This document shows positions 1 to 10,252 of a stretch of 59,257 nucleotides of DNA, piece after piece; within the stretch, counting starts at the first letter, position 1, and each line of letters starts with the position of its first letter. This DNA is from a virus (taxonomy: Duplodnaviria > Caudoviricetes). Location of the stretch: positions 1 through 59,257 of IMG/VR virus record IMGVR_UViG_3300046169_000050; one strand, given 5' to 3'. The translations under genes and the position numbers were made by a program. The notes beneath the pieces are model-generated. The model searched no databases, was not told the origin of the DNA, and saw only the letters and a program-made list of their open reading frames with translations.

Positions 1-3000
1 TCGATGTCGCTGCCTCTTTGAGTGCAGCTTGCACCTGTGGCTCACCAAACAGCCCCACTTCCTTTTCGAAATCGTTCTGGAACTCGTCGACCTTTCTAGC
101 CGCCTGAGCAACCATGCCCAATCGTCCGTCTTTTCCGCCCTGCTGTGACCGGACATAGAACATGTCGGCGATCTCGTTACCGGCGTACGCGCGCATGACG
201 CCGTCTGCCGTCATAAGTACTTTCAGGATAGGCTTTACGCGTTTGTTGTACTTAAGGTCTCGGATACTCTTGCGCCAGTGTGCTGCCAGAGCCTCGCCGT
301 CTCTTTTAACGATGACTTCTTCTAGCTCCCTTACCATCGCTTTCCGAACAAAAGATGAACCGTTTTCTTTATTGGCTGGGTCTGCGTCTTTTAGCGGGCG
401 CTTTCTAGACTCCATAACAGAGTCCATGTACGTCTCGAAGTCCTGCGGTATCGTCCTGAAGTCAAAGCGGTCAGCTGCGCTACGCGCTGTTCGGCGCATA
501 GATCGATAAAGCGAACGAATTTTGTCGGCGAGAGCCTTAAAGTGTCTATCAGTTAAGCTTCTAGCTTTACGCTTCGCGTAGCGTTTACTCGCCCACTTGG
601 CGACATTGTCTGCATACCATTCTTCAAAGGCGAGTTCTTTGTCATCCTTGTATGCATTGAGGTACCGACTATGCATGGGGTCACTTTCAAATGCTTTTAG
701 TAAGCGTGTGTACAACGCCCTGTTCTCTAACGCAGTGCCAAGCTCCAACTTAAATAGGGCATGACCTAGCTCATGAGAAAGTACTAAAGCATCTTGTAGT
801 GAATTGCCGCTTTCTCTGATCAGGATCATGGGTGTGCCATCGGATTGCACCCACATACGGCCTCGAAATTTGTCCGACATAGCCTTTTTAACAAGCTCGC
901 GCGACTGGTAATCTGGGATCGCTTGCTCGAGTGCTTCGGGAGACAGTTTTGCTAGAGCTTGAATGTTGTAAAACTTAGGCTTCACCGGAAGCTTAAGAGC
1001 GCCAACCAAATCTTCTATGAACGCCCTGACGTCCGCGTCTATGATCCCCAGTATTTCTGGACCAGACTCTAAATTCCCGGTAGCGGGAGCTGTACCAGCG
1101 CGGCGATCAGGAGCGATGTCGTCACGGGGGTCGCCCATCATCTGCTCGACTTCGTTCTCACCTGCTTGCTGCTCAACTTCAGTAGGATCAAACTCGCTGC
1201 TTCGGCGCTCTACATCGAGGCCAAGCTCGTCTCCGAACCGTCTCTGTATTGCGTCTGCTTGCTCGTCTGTCGTTACGTCCTGCCTAAACGCAATACGGTT
1301 ATCGTCGTAGCGTTTACCTTCGGCAGTAACGTCGTAGACGACCATCGTGTCTGTATCGTTAGGGATGGTCTGCTCGGTCCTTAGCAGTTCCTTCAGACCA
1401 ACGACCTTGCCGTCCAGTATTGTTGCAGGGACATTCATCGAGTCAGGGATCTGATTGCCTACCTCGAAGAACGACTGGCCTCCGATCTGAACCTGATAGC
1501 CTTCAAGCTGTAGGTCAGCGAGTATCTCTTGCAGACCGCGCTGAGCTGCAAGTCTGGGTGTGCCGCCCTCGAATCCAGTGCCTTCTCTTGCGTCAACTAA
1601 CCGCTGCCCAGCGCGAGTCAGATCTACCAAGTTGACTTTGCTCGTTGTGCCATCTGGAGCCACAACCTCTACGGACGATCCGCGTGCGAATTTACTCTTC
1701 TTCGCTTTGGCGACCGCCCTAGGTAAGAACTCACTAAACGGAACCCGAACCTCGCCATCTTGGTCGCGCATGCGAATCAACGACTCAAAGTCGTCTCGTA
1801 TGACAGAGAAGCCATCACCCGTCTGCTCAATGGTAACAAGCGAGTTAGGGTTGGCGCGCTGCTGCTGTACTGCCTCGCGTAGAGCGGCCTCACTGATCCG
1901 CCCGAACTTAGGGTCAGCAAAGTCTGTAGGGCCAAACTCATTGATGTACTCTTGACGAGCTTGGTCGGTGTTATCGAATGTCTGGTTGGGGTCAGCCTTA
2001 GCTTGATAGGTACGAACTACCGTACGCTCTTCTGCCAGCTCACCTGAGTCGAGCATCTCCTGAAGCGTGTCCATTGACTCATCGTCGAGCATGTCTCGAA
2101 CGACTGGTCCCTGCTCTTGATCAAAGCGGGCTTTGCGCTCTTCGAGTGCCTTCTCGACAGTCGTTAGACGTACGTCTCCGCCATCTGGAGCCAGCCCCTT
2201 TGCGGATTCATACGCGTTGGTTAAATTATCCTGCGTCGTAACTTCTTCTGATATTACGTTGCCGTCCTTGTCGACAGCTTGGACTACGGTATCAGCCTCA
2301 GCAGCAGCTTTGGGCGAGCTATATCCAAGAGCAGCGGCCAACACTTCGTTCGACGCACGACTCGAAACAACATCGCGAACAACCTGCCTACTCGTAGAAA
2401 CTATAGTGCCTTGACCGGGGACATACGCCGCGAAGGCTGGTGTGCCGTCAACCGTGATCTGACGGACCTTATTGTCAGGCAGGTCGTACTTACGTTCGTT
2501 AGCCGCCCAAACAGCCTGCTTGGTACTAGACTCGTCAACCATTGCGCGAAGCTGGGCGTCTAGGTCGCTCTGTGCCTCACGAGTTGTATTGCCCGTCATC
2601 GTATCGCCGTACTGCTCACGGGTGATGTCGTTGTCTACTCGCTGCCCCTGTGCTCTATCCAGCAGGTCGCGCGCTTTAGCGGTGACACTTGCAGCTGTGT
2701 CTAACGCACTATTAGCTGCTCCGGGCACACGTTCTGCGGTAGTAACCAAACCTGCACCAGCGCCACCAGCTGCCGCACCCCCAAAAAACCCAACAAAGGC
2801 GGCCTCGGCGAGACGCATCTTTGCGTCTTCCTTCGTGAATGTGTCGTCAAGCGAGGCCCGGTTGAGTACCGAAATACCTTCTTGGGCCAGTTCAGTTCCT
2901 GCCTCAAGAGGGCCACTGCGTACCACCGTGTTAGCTACGTCGTCGGCAAGCTGGCCAAAGTAACTCTCTTTCTTGGTAGCGCGCTTTTTCGCTACGTCAC

Positions 3001-3739
3001 CAATCAGACGATATATAGCGATCTCACTACCCGCACCGATCGCTGCTTGAACCGTACCTAGCGCAGCAGCTCTCTGAGCTTGCTCGGAGCTTAATTCTTT
3101 GCCACTGTCTAACGCTTCGCTTAAGTTACTACCAGATATCGGAGCGTATTCAGCAGCAAATGCGCCTGCAAAGGCTCCGCCTTCAGTGCTCCGCTTACGT
3201 GCCTGCTGATAAGCGGCCCCGTATATGCGATCCGCTAATTCTTTCTCTGCAGCTGTCGCTGTACCTGCCGCAGCTCGCTTCATAGAGTCTTCAACAACGC
3301 GCTCTGCTGTTTTCTTAGCAGCCCCTTTCAGAGCGAACCGTGCGCCTAGTGCGCCTACGCCTGCGCCGGTTATAGAAGTAATCGCAGAAGGTACGACCTG
3401 ACCAGTCCCCTTGGACGCTTGCGCAAGGAAGCCACCAAAAGTTGGGTTTTCTACAAACTCGCTAAATGTTTCTAGGTCGGCCAGCGGTGCAGCAGCCAAC
3501 TCTTCGCGGACTAGTGCGCGACGTACGTTTTGCTCTGCGGCTTCTTGATCGCCAGTAAGCGTATTACCTAATGCTTTGAAGTACTCTAAGTCTGCGGCAA
3601 GCCCTTCTGCTCCAGACTGAACGCCCGCACCAAAGATTTCACCGAGACCCTGTCTGGCAGGTGATGCTCTTTCGCCCTCAGTTAAATCAGCCGGTGCTGG
3701 ACCGCTGTTGAGGAAATCTTGAAACAGCTCATCGGACAT
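1..3739 (-). CDS. Giant internal virion/ejection (polyvalent-type) protein, N-terminal part; continues across the window junction (about 1799 aa in total)
   Basis: ATG at 3739 (MSDELFQDFLNSG...). It is absent from the ORF track because no stop occurs before the edge. It reads ...VQAALKEAATS-K-ATSELSPLAQKVRQFLDK... across 1/59257 into the 511-aa ORF. Contains HELGH (761-775) and EEWYAD (608-625). Last of four ejection-type genes. Confidence 0.8.
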   Translation of the reverse strand, partial: MSDELFQDFLNSGPAPADLTEGERASPARQGLGEIFGAGVQSGAEGLAADLEYFKALGNTLTGDQEAAEQNVRRALVREELAAAPLADLETFSEFVENPTFGGFLAQASKGTGQVVPSAITSITGAGVGALGARFALKGAAKKTAERVVEDSMKRAAAGTATAAEKELADRIYGAAYQQARKRSTEGGAFAGAFAAEYAPISGSNLSEALDSGKELSSEQAQRAAALGTVQAAIGAGSEIAIYRLIGDVAKKRATKKESYFGQLADDVANTVVRSGPLEAGTELAQEGISVLNRASLDDTFTKEDAKMRLAEAAFVGFFGGAAAGGAGAGLVTTAERVPGAANSALDTAASVTAKARDLLDRAQGQRVDNDITREQYGDTMTGNTTREAQSDLDAQLRAMVDESSTKQAVWAANERKYDLPDNKVRQITVDGTPAFAAYVPGQGTIVSTSRQVVRDVVSSRASNEVLAAALGYSSPKAAAEADTVVQAVDKDGNVISEEVTTQDNLTNAYESAKGLAPDGGDVRLTTVEKALEERKARFDQEQGPVVRDMLDDESMDTLQEMLDSGELAEERTVVRTYQAKADPNQTFDNTDQARQEYINEFGPTDFADPKFGRISEAALREAVQQQRANPNSLVTIEQTGDGFSVIRDDFESLIRMRDQDGEVRVPFSEFLPRAVAKAKKSKFARGSSVEVVAPDGTTSKVNLVDLTRAGQRLVDAREGTGFEGGTPRLAAQRGLQEILADLQLEGYQVQIGGQSFFEVGNQIPDSMNVPATILDGKVVGLKELLRTEQTIPNDTDTMVVYDVTAEGKRYDDNRIAFRQDVTTDEQADAIQRRFGDELGLDVERRSSEFDPTEVEQQAGENEVEQMMGDPRDDIAPDRRAGTAPATGNLESGPEILGIIDADVRAFIEDLVGALKLPVKPKFYNIQALAKLSPEALEQAIPDYQSRELVKKAMSDKFRGRMWVQSDGTPMILIRESGNSLQDALVLSHELGHALFKLELGTALENRALYTRLLKAFESDPMHSRYLNAYKDDKELAFEEWYADNVAKWASKRYAKRKARSLTDRHFKALADKIRSLYRSMRRTARSAADRFDFRTIPQDFETYMDSVMESRKRPLKDADPANKENGSSFVRKAMVRELEEVIVKRDGEALAAHWRKSIRDLKYNKRVKPILKVLMTADGVMRAYAGNEIADMFYVRSQQGGKDGRLGMVAQAARKVDEFQNDFEKEVGLFGEPQVQAALKEAATS

Positions 3740-5678
3740 TGCTGGTATTCTTAACCGCTGCGTTGACAACCGCGTCCGCTAGTCTCTTATTCACCTTCTC
3801 CAGATCTCTAATAGTGATTGACGCCCCTTGTTGTTCTCGACTGCCATCAGACCCTACAGACTCACTTAGGTAGAAAAGCTCTGTCGGGTTCTTGGGGTCG
3901 TTAACTTTTACGCGCGCTAAATCAAAGTCACCGACTTGACCGTTTGCGTCAGACCGGAAGAAAGACATTACAGTCTGCAATATAGAGCTGTCACCATCGT
4001 TAGCATAAGCAGCAATAGATGCACTTAAACCGTCGTTTATTGCTGAACTGACTGCGTCGCGCCCGGCCTGAGTTGTGTACTTGCCTCGTCTCTGCAGCAT
4101 CTGCGGAATTTTAGTGGCAAATATTCTTATGGCCCTTTCATCGCCGACAAACTCGCCATCCTGATTGTAAAAGCCGACCTCTGGTGACAGGATGTTGTTC
4201 TCATAAATAGTGGCCGCGTACTCACGTGCATCAGCGGCGTCGCCAGTAAGGTCATCCTTCTGTGCTCTCAACTCGGTGAGGCGACTGGTGTATGCGCTAT
4301 ACGCCTGCGTAGCTGCGTTCTGATTCTGCCGCCGCGCCGAGTCTAGGTCTTTAGCACTGAACGACGTTGTGCCTGTCTCGAATATGTTTTCGATACCCTG
4401 TCGAAGAGACATGCGTTCAGAAGCATTGTCAGAAGAAGCAATCAACACTGCAGCAGCTACTGCTGCGTCGCGACGATTCATCTTTTGTAGATCGCTAAGC
4501 TTTTTGACTCCAGCTTCTTGCATTGCGACGCGGGTCTGAGAAACCAGCTGCGGCGTGACCTGCACCTCGCCCGACTCAACTGCGTTTTGGATCTCACCAG
4601 CGGATTTTTCTTCGAGCTTACCGCCGACTTCTTCGACAACTGGGAAGGCATCTGGCCCCCAGTTTAAGTCAAGCTTGATTGTCTTCTCACCATCGCGGTC
4701 ACCAAGGCGCTTGTTGATATCCGCCAACTCGGTTTCCAGATCTTCAATTTGTCGATCAATGCTCTGCCGGTTTGAAGTGGCGTTACGCCCTCGGTAACCT
4801 TCCTTTTTGCGCCCTCTCAATTGCGTTAATTTTTCTTCCACTCGCTCACGGCGACGCGCAGCTTGCTTATCCCGAGCAGCGCGTCGAATTCCGCCAGCCG
4901 TCCTCGGCTTTTTCTCAGGCTCCGCTTCAGGCTCTGGTTCTGTGGTAGTGGGTGCTGCTGAAATCGTCGGACCGCCAGTAACTGTGGCTAATTCATTGTT
5001 AGCCTCAACAAGATCCTGCCCTCCCAAACCAGCGACTACATTTATAGCGCCACGCTGCGCAGCTAAAGGCAACTGATTGACGTTAGCGGCTATGGCTTGG
5101 ATTTTGTCAAAGTAGTCTATTTGGTCGGATAGATTACGTAAGTTCATGACCGTCTGGTTAGGGGCGATCTTGTACGTAAACGTAGCGTTTATGTGGTTAA
5201 CCAAGTCTTCGTAGGAACCGAAGACAGCGGGCTTTGAATCCGGGTTACTAGAACCGTCCTCTGTAATAACGCCCGTAGACCCATCCGCGTTGTTAGCGCG
5301 CAAGACAAATGAGCCATCAGGTAGCTGATCTGTAGTTAGGCTTTCTACTGATGCGTCTACAAAACCACTGCCGCGAGCGAGGTTGTTGTTAACCTCGTCC
5401 ATAAAACCGGGGTCTTCTTTGGCTCGCGCTCTAAACTTATCTAGGTCGATAGCAGTCTTGTCCTCTGTTAAAAGGTCAAGCTGATCAAAATAAGTAAAAG
5501 ATTCGTTCGCCCTTCGAGTGTCGCCAGCACGAGCGGCAGTATCTGCCTCGCGATCGGCTTGAGCTTGCAAGCGCGCGTCCTGACGCAGTGCCATATCATT
5601 ATTGAAACGGCGCTGCTTCATGTCTTGGAACATGTTATATGAAGAAAGTACGCCTTCCCCGATAGCCCCTATACTCAT
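3729..5678 (-). CDS. Internal virion/DNA ejection protein (649 aa)
   Basis: Long helical, charged ORF in the podovirus ejection-protein position; function inferred from synteny. Confidence 0.6.
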   Translation of the reverse strand: MSIGAIGEGVLSSYNMFQDMKQRRFNNDMALRQDARLQAQADREADTAARAGDTRRANESFTYFDQLDLLTEDKTAIDLDKFRARAKEDPGFMDEVNNNLARGSGFVDASVESLTTDQLPDGSFVLRANNADGSTGVITEDGSSNPDSKPAVFGSYEDLVNHINATFTYKIAPNQTVMNLRNLSDQIDYFDKIQAIAANVNQLPLAAQRGAINVVAGLGGQDLVEANNELATVTGGPTISAAPTTTEPEPEAEPEKKPRTAGGIRRAARDKQAARRRERVEEKLTQLRGRKKEGYRGRNATSNRQSIDRQIEDLETELADINKRLGDRDGEKTIKLDLNWGPDAFPVVEEVGGKLEEKSAGEIQNAVESGEVQVTPQLVSQTRVAMQEAGVKKLSDLQKMNRRDAAVAAAVLIASSDNASERMSLRQGIENIFETGTTSFSAKDLDSARRQNQNAATQAYSAYTSRLTELRAQKDDLTGDAADAREYAATIYENNILSPEVGFYNQDGEFVGDERAIRIFATKIPQMLQRRGKYTTQAGRDAVSSAINDGLSASIAAYANDGDSSILQTVMSFFRSDANGQVGDFDLARVKVNDPKNPTELFYLSESVGSDGSREQQGASITIRDLEKVNKRLADAVVNAAVKNTSNVR

Positions 5679-5688
5679 AACTTACCCC

Positions 5689-6348
5689 TTAAAACGCCAT
5701 CGCAAAGATCGCAGCTGCTCCTAGCGAGCCTAAAGTCGAGTACGTTTGTGCGCGTGATTGCGCCCTTGCTGATTGATAGGCGCTTTCTCGGTTGGCGGCA
5801 GTCGCTGCTGCAGAACCAAGTTGGTCGAGCGATGACCGATTCAAGCCCTGTCCGATATTAATTAAGTCACTCTTTAGCTGAGTATTCGCCTCCCGTTGCG
5901 CGATACGGGCGTCATTAACGGACTGTATACCACCGAGCGTGTTTGCTCGCTGTAAACGTAGCCCTTGCTGCTGACGTTGCGCTGGCGTTAGAGCCGCGCC
6001 ATATCGCTGTGCGTTTCGTGACGCGATGCCCGAAGCAAGGCCTTGGGCAACCTGAACGTCTTCTCGGGCTTGATCGATAAGCCTAGTGTCATTCTGAGAT
6101 TGCTCAATCAGCTGGTTTTCAAAATCTTCGTAGTCACGCCGGTAATCAAGATAGTCTTGGCGCGTCATATCCGCATACACTTGTTCGGGGTCAGACACCG
6201 TAGGTAAGCTGGCTGAACCAACATTTTGGGTCTGGCCATATCCATACCCGCCGCCTCTGTTCGGCAGTCCGCCAACAGTGCCTCGGCTGTCGATACCTTC
6301 GACCATGTCAGGCGGTACCGCCATGCCCATGTTTGCTTGCATAACCAT
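5689..6348 (-). CDS. Internal virion/ejection protein (Gln/Ala-rich, hydrophobic C-terminus)
   Basis: Start re-called at ATG 6348 after GAGAGG; Q/A-rich helical sequence ending LGSLGAAAIFAMAF. Confidence 0.6.
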   Translation of the reverse strand: MVMQANMGMAVPPDMVEGIDSRGTVGGLPNRGGGYGYGQTQNVGSASLPTVSDPEQVYADMTRQDYLDYRRDYEDFENQLIEQSQNDTRLIDQAREDVQVAQGLASGIASRNAQRYGAALTPAQRQQQGLRLQRANTLGGIQSVNDARIAQREANTQLKSDLINIGQGLNRSSLDQLGSAAATAANRESAYQSARAQSRAQTYSTLGSLGAAAIFAMAF

Positions 6349-6358
6349 AACTAACCTC

Positions 6359-6907
6359 TCACCCTGTCTTTTCGCCGCCAAGGAACGTCTTACCATCCTT
6401 CATATTTTCCCCGCCCTGCAAGATGAAAGCAGTTCCAATTTGCGCCGCAGCCCCAAGACGTGCTGCCCTAACTTCTTGCTTACCGCGAGCGCGCTCAAGC
6501 GCTTTTGAAGACGAAATACGGGCTGCTTGAGCTAGTCCCTGAGAAGCGTCAGCTTGTTGTCCTTGGGCCGTGCCGACGACATTTGTTTTCATCCGGTTCT
6601 GAATATCAAGAGCGCTTTGATTAGCGACGCCGAGCTGCCCTTGATAGGCCTGCGCCATATCGCCTGCCGCTGTAGTGCTCTGAGTACTATCGTAGGTAGG
6701 TTGAGACGTGAGCGCCTGCATGGTGTCTGCGTTTGCGCGGCCTCTAAGAGTTGTTCCAACGTCATCCGTCATAGACTGATCGCGCATCTCTCGCAACAGA
6801 GGTGCATAGACTTGTCTAAACCGGTCTGCACGAGCTTTAGCTACTGAGGCGTTTACCTTCTCCGCCTCTGTTGCTTCGTAGTCTTGTTTTTTAGGTCCAC
6901 TACCCAT
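6359..6907 (-). CDS. Small internal virion/ejection protein
   Basis: MGSGPK.. N-terminus and Ala/Gln-rich composition typical of a first ejection protein; synteny. Confidence 0.55.
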   Translation of the reverse strand: MGSGPKKQDYEATEAEKVNASVAKARADRFRQVYAPLLREMRDQSMTDDVGTTLRGRANADTMQALTSQPTYDSTQSTTAAGDMAQAYQGQLGVANQSALDIQNRMKTNVVGTAQGQQADASQGLAQAARISSSKALERARGKQEVRAARLGAAAQIGTAFILQGGENMKDGKTFLGGEKTG

Positions 6908-7325
6908 CGGCTAAGTCCTTTGAATAAACTATGGTCTCTATATCCCATCCCATCTCTGTTAAGTAGTTCGACATCTTTGGGATGCGCGACTTAACAGTCA
7001 GCTTGCTAAACCCTGCGTCCTTCGCCACTTGCATAAAGAACTCCTCATGCACGTTGACCAATCCTTGGCCTTGAAATACCGCTGCAGCAAGCCAAACAAG
7101 TAACGCTCGCTCGCCGCTGAATGGATCTGTCTCACCAGTCGTGACTACAAATCCGTCGCTCGTGGTCCAAAGGTGCGCCTGCTCGTTAATACACGCGGCG
7201 TACACATCTTCTGGCCTAAAGGATAGGTACTTATCCTCAGCGAGGATGCCCTCTATCCCCGGTTTTACCCAGTCCCACTCAGCCCTGATATCGCTTAAAA
7301 CAGGGTCAGCGCGTTTCTCTTCCAT
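6900..7325 (-). CDS. GNAT-like virion assembly protein
   Basis: Likely start ATG 7325; LLVWLA...AKDAGFSKLTVKSR...GW pattern like the acetyltransferase-fold proteins that precede podovirus ejection genes. Confidence 0.5.
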   Translation of the reverse strand: MEEKRADPVLSDIRAEWDWVKPGIEGILAEDKYLSFRPEDVYAACINEQAHLWTTSDGFVVTTGETDPFSGERALLVWLAAAVFQGQGLVNVHEEFFMQVAKDAGFSKLTVKSRIPKMSNYLTEMGWDIETIVYSKDLADG

Positions 7326-7995
7326 ATCTATTTCTCTTCCTAGATAGCGGTGCATACAAACCGCCGTACTTCACCTTCCTAGCTACACCTTCATCAGCGT
7401 GGCGAGCGCGTCGCTCCGCATTGCCCATGTGCTCATTGAATAATGACCCGTAGACTTGCGCTCCTGCGAAGTCGGTCCAGTCTTTACTTGGGAGGCGCAA
7501 CAAACGGAACAAAGCGCCCGCTACGATTGCGTCTCTGTAGTCATTCATTACATCGTCATCACATGCAGTGGACTGATGCGTGGGCTTGAGTTGCACGCGG
7601 AGCACTGTTGATGACGCTTTTGTCTCGTTAGGCACTGGCACCAACCAGAAAATCGACTGAGACTGCTTTACGTAGTACTCGGGCTCACCGTAGTAGTTGC
7701 TATCACGCCATTTAGGTTTGCGCTGCTCCAGCAGATTCGTGCTGATCGGCTCTAGGTCTCGGCCTTCATGCACTACCCACATGATTTTGTGTACAGCGGT
7801 CTGGTTAGGCGCTTCGAGATCGTACTCAAAGATGCCGTTCACCGTGGTAACGGGGTCTAGCTCTGCTTGATAGACGCCTGTCTTCTCGCACAGCTCAATA
7901 ACAGCTGACCGAATGTTGTTTTCAATCAGCGTATCGGGACAACCCGGAACCATCGGGAGGATCTCTGGCAGCAAGGACTCATATGCTATAGCCAT
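7306..7995 (-). CDS. Head-tail adaptor protein
   Basis: VPGCPD..I...IR.A.IE.C N-terminus and GAL.RL..LP.K.W C-terminus; position after capsid. Confidence 0.6.
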   Translation of the reverse strand: MAIAYESLLPEILPMVPGCPDTLIENNIRSAVIELCEKTGVYQAELDPVTTVNGIFEYDLEAPNQTAVHKIMWVVHEGRDLEPISTNLLEQRKPKWRDSNYYGEPEYYVKQSQSIFWLVPVPNETKASSTVLRVQLKPTHQSTACDDDVMNDYRDAIVAGALFRLLRLPSKDWTDFAGAQVYGSLFNEHMGNAERRARHADEGVARKVKYGGLYAPLSRKRNRYGRETR

Positions 7996-7998
7996 GCT

Positions 7999-8697
7999 TT
8001 ACCCCATAGGTGTCGTTGGCGCGGGTCGGTTCTGATCTACGTTTGGTGTAGTTATAGCGTCGACCTGACCTTTACCTGTCACTGACGCGGTGAAGATCTG
8101 GTAGTGGTTAGCAGCACGCTGTGAGTTGCCTGCGTACTCTGCGTCTTTCATGTATGCCATATAAAGAACGTAGTTCATGACTGCGTTGGCATAGATGTCG
8201 GGGATATCGAGGTTATCTGACTGTGCGACCGCTGAGGGGTTCGCAGAGTAGATGATCTCTAGATAAGAGGCACCGCTAACACCGGGGTAAACGTAAAAGT
8301 TACGTGGGTTAGCCTCGTCGTATATGTAGTGCTTGATGACAGACGTATGTGCCGCGTCGCCGCCGACCGTAGGGTCGTGCCAGTCAGGTGTCTGAGCGTC
8401 GAGTACTTCGCGTGAAACCAACCGAACTGATCGCTTACCAGTGCCATTAGAAGCAGCAGACATGTTCCGTACTGCGCGCAACAACCGGTTGCCGCCACTA
8501 GGAATGGTTTGTTTGGTGCCTGTCACAAGAGTAACTGTTTCGTTCTTCGCTGATGAATCTGGCTTCAGAAGAGCGATCTCTCGCTGTGCGTCATTGATCC
8601 ACAGCACTAGCTCACTGACTACTGGCCAGCGAACGCCTGTGGTGTCTTGCAGCGTTGTTTGAACGCGGTCGATAACACTTTGTACTGTGACTGACAT
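7999..8697 (-). CDS. Head-tail adaptor/closure protein (DUF6682-like)
   Basis: LQD...VRW...EL..WINDAQREI, FYVYP and AY.KDAEYA.N..RA..H motifs. Confidence 0.7.
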   Translation of the reverse strand: MSVTVQSVIDRVQTTLQDTTGVRWPVVSELVLWINDAQREIALLKPDSSAKNETVTLVTGTKQTIPSGGNRLLRAVRNMSAASNGTGKRSVRLVSREVLDAQTPDWHDPTVGGDAAHTSVIKHYIYDEANPRNFYVYPGVSGASYLEIIYSANPSAVAQSDNLDIPDIYANAVMNYVLYMAYMKDAEYAGNSQRAANHYQIFTASVTGKGQVDAITTPNVDQNRPAPTTPMG

Positions 8698-8706
8698 ATA
8701 TACCTC

Positions 8707-9057
8707 TTACGAGTTTAGGGCCGTTTCCCAAGCAGCGAGGCGCTCGTCTGTTGACACAGTACGCCCTACGGCTTTGTTGACGACAGCGGCCTTTGGTGTG
8801 CCATCGGCCTTAAAATTCTGGGGGTCACCGTCTTTGATCAGCTCTTGCATCACAACGACGACTTCGTCGGTATTTACAGGCTCCTCGTAGTCTTCATCAG
8901 CTACGACCTCTACCCGACCTTCAACTTGCTTTGCGCCCATTTGCATGGCCATCAAACCAATCTCTTCCGCTACCTCGCGAGGCTCACCTGCTTGAAACAA
9001 AACAACTGCTCCAGAGGTCAACGCGATGCGGAGATCCTGTTCACTAACTACCTTCAT
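8707..9057 (-). CDS. Hypothetical virion-associated protein
   Basis: ORF with AAGGAG RBS directly after capsid gene; F.ADG.PK..V...VGR.VS..ER..AW motif. Confidence 0.6.
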   Translation of the reverse strand: MKVVSEQDLRIALTSGAVVLFQAGEPREVAEEIGLMAMQMGAKQVEGRVEVVADEDYEEPVNTDEVVVVMQELIKDGDPQNFKADGTPKAAVVNKAVGRTVSTDERLAAWETALNS

Positions 9058-9077
9058 TCTGACTCCTTAGAAGAAGT

Positions 9078-9099
9078 AAGCCCCTCCGAAGAGGGGCTT
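9078..9099 (-). terminator. cUUCGg hairpin after capsid gene (weak terminator or 3' stabiliser)
   Basis: AAGCCCCTC-TTCG-GAGGGGCTT on the minus strand followed by ACTTCTT (imperfect U tract). Confidence 0.65.
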
Positions 9100-9106
9100 G
9101 TCTGCC

Positions 9107-10252
9107 TTACTGCGCAGTGTCGAGACAGATCACGCCAAAGTCTTGGACTGATCCGCTAATGTCGCTGTTGTACTTAGGCTTGCGAAGGCCGAAGATCTTA
9201 CCGATTGAGATACCAGCTTGGTTCTCGTAGTCGAACGTATCTTCAACGATATCGGGGAGACCGATATCAGCCATTGCGAGTGACTGAGCACCACAGAACA
9301 GAGCACGTGCGCCGCTTACGTCTGCGTCTGCGCCCCACTTGTAACCAGCCGCGCCAGCGTTTGAAGAAGTACCAGAGGTAGCGCCTTCAGTGCTGAATAC
9401 GTGACGGAACTCGTGGATCATGACGCCATCTACCATCAAGCTCGCAGAACCTGAGAACAGAGAGTTAGATGCGCCGCGAACGCCAGCGTTACGTACGTTA
9501 GCCAAGAAGTCCGAATCGAGCTTCAGGTTGGCCATTTGCTGTGGAGTAACGAACATGTGGAAGATCTCGTCGTTACCAGCGCCTCGGATACCACGGATGT
9601 AGTTGTCCTTAGCGTATGCCTTCAGCTCAACAATGTGCTTGTAGCCAAGCTTGTCAGTAGCTGTAACAGCAGTAGTGTCGCCAGCAGCAATGCTGGTGCC
9701 TGAGATACGACGGTGACGATCGCCAGTAGGCGCAGATACGTCAGATGCGAACTCAAGGTCAACCAACTCGTGACCTGCAGATGCAGAAGTAGCGCGAAGG
9801 CCACCGTTTGTCTTGTGCGTGTACGCAACACCAGAAAGAGTCAAGAACGAGAGCTGGTCCATACGGTCGGCCATTGCATAAGCAAGTGCGTCGCGAGACT
9901 GCTCACGGAAGTTAACTACAGTCTTCTGGTCAGCCATGCGGCCAGCGATACGGTTAGCGAATCGGAGCTGGTCCAACTCGATAGTGATATCGTAGGCGCG
10001 GAGTGCTTCTTCGTTGCCTTCCAGAGTGTTGTCACCGGTGATACCGTCACCAGTCATGTCAGCAAGCAAGGTGATGTTCGCCTTGGTTCCTTTCTCTGAC
10101 TTAGTGAGTTCAGTTACGCGCTGAACGAGAGCGTTTTGGCCAGTTCCTGCGAACTGGTTAACGAAAGACATGTTGCGTGCAACACGCCAGAAATCCCGTG
10201 ACCAAGTCTGTAACTGGTCTCCGGAAAGCATTCCAAAGTTTGTAAGAGCCAT
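9107..10252 (-). CDS. Major capsid protein, N4-gp56/DUF4043 type
   Basis: 381 aa; ELTKSEKG, GD..LEGNEE.L, RALFCGAQ.LA, DYEN..GISIGKIFGL.KP, DFGVI..DTA motifs; strongly biased codons. Confidence 0.9.
   Translation of the reverse strand: MALTNFGMLSGDQLQTWSRDFWRVARNMSFVNQFAGTGQNALVQRVTELTKSEKGTKANITLLADMTGDGITGDNTLEGNEEALRAYDITIELDQLRFANRIAGRMADQKTVVNFREQSRDALAYAMADRMDQLSFLTLSGVAYTHKTNGGLRATSASAGHELVDLEFASDVSAPTGDRHRRISGTSIAAGDTTAVTATDKLGYKHIVELKAYAKDNYIRGIRGAGNDEIFHMFVTPQQMANLKLDSDFLANVRNAGVRGASNSLFSGSASLMVDGVMIHEFRHVFSTEGATSGTSSNAGAAGYKWGADADVSGARALFCGAQSLAMADIGLPDIVEDTFDYENQAGISIGKIFGLRKPKYNSDISGSVQDFGVICLDTAQ

Noticed and set aside
162-2963. Plus-strand ORFs in the track here (and similar antisense ORFs genome-wide)
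   Set aside because: Shadows of long genes on the opposite strand; Ser/Arg-rich, no RBS or motifs.
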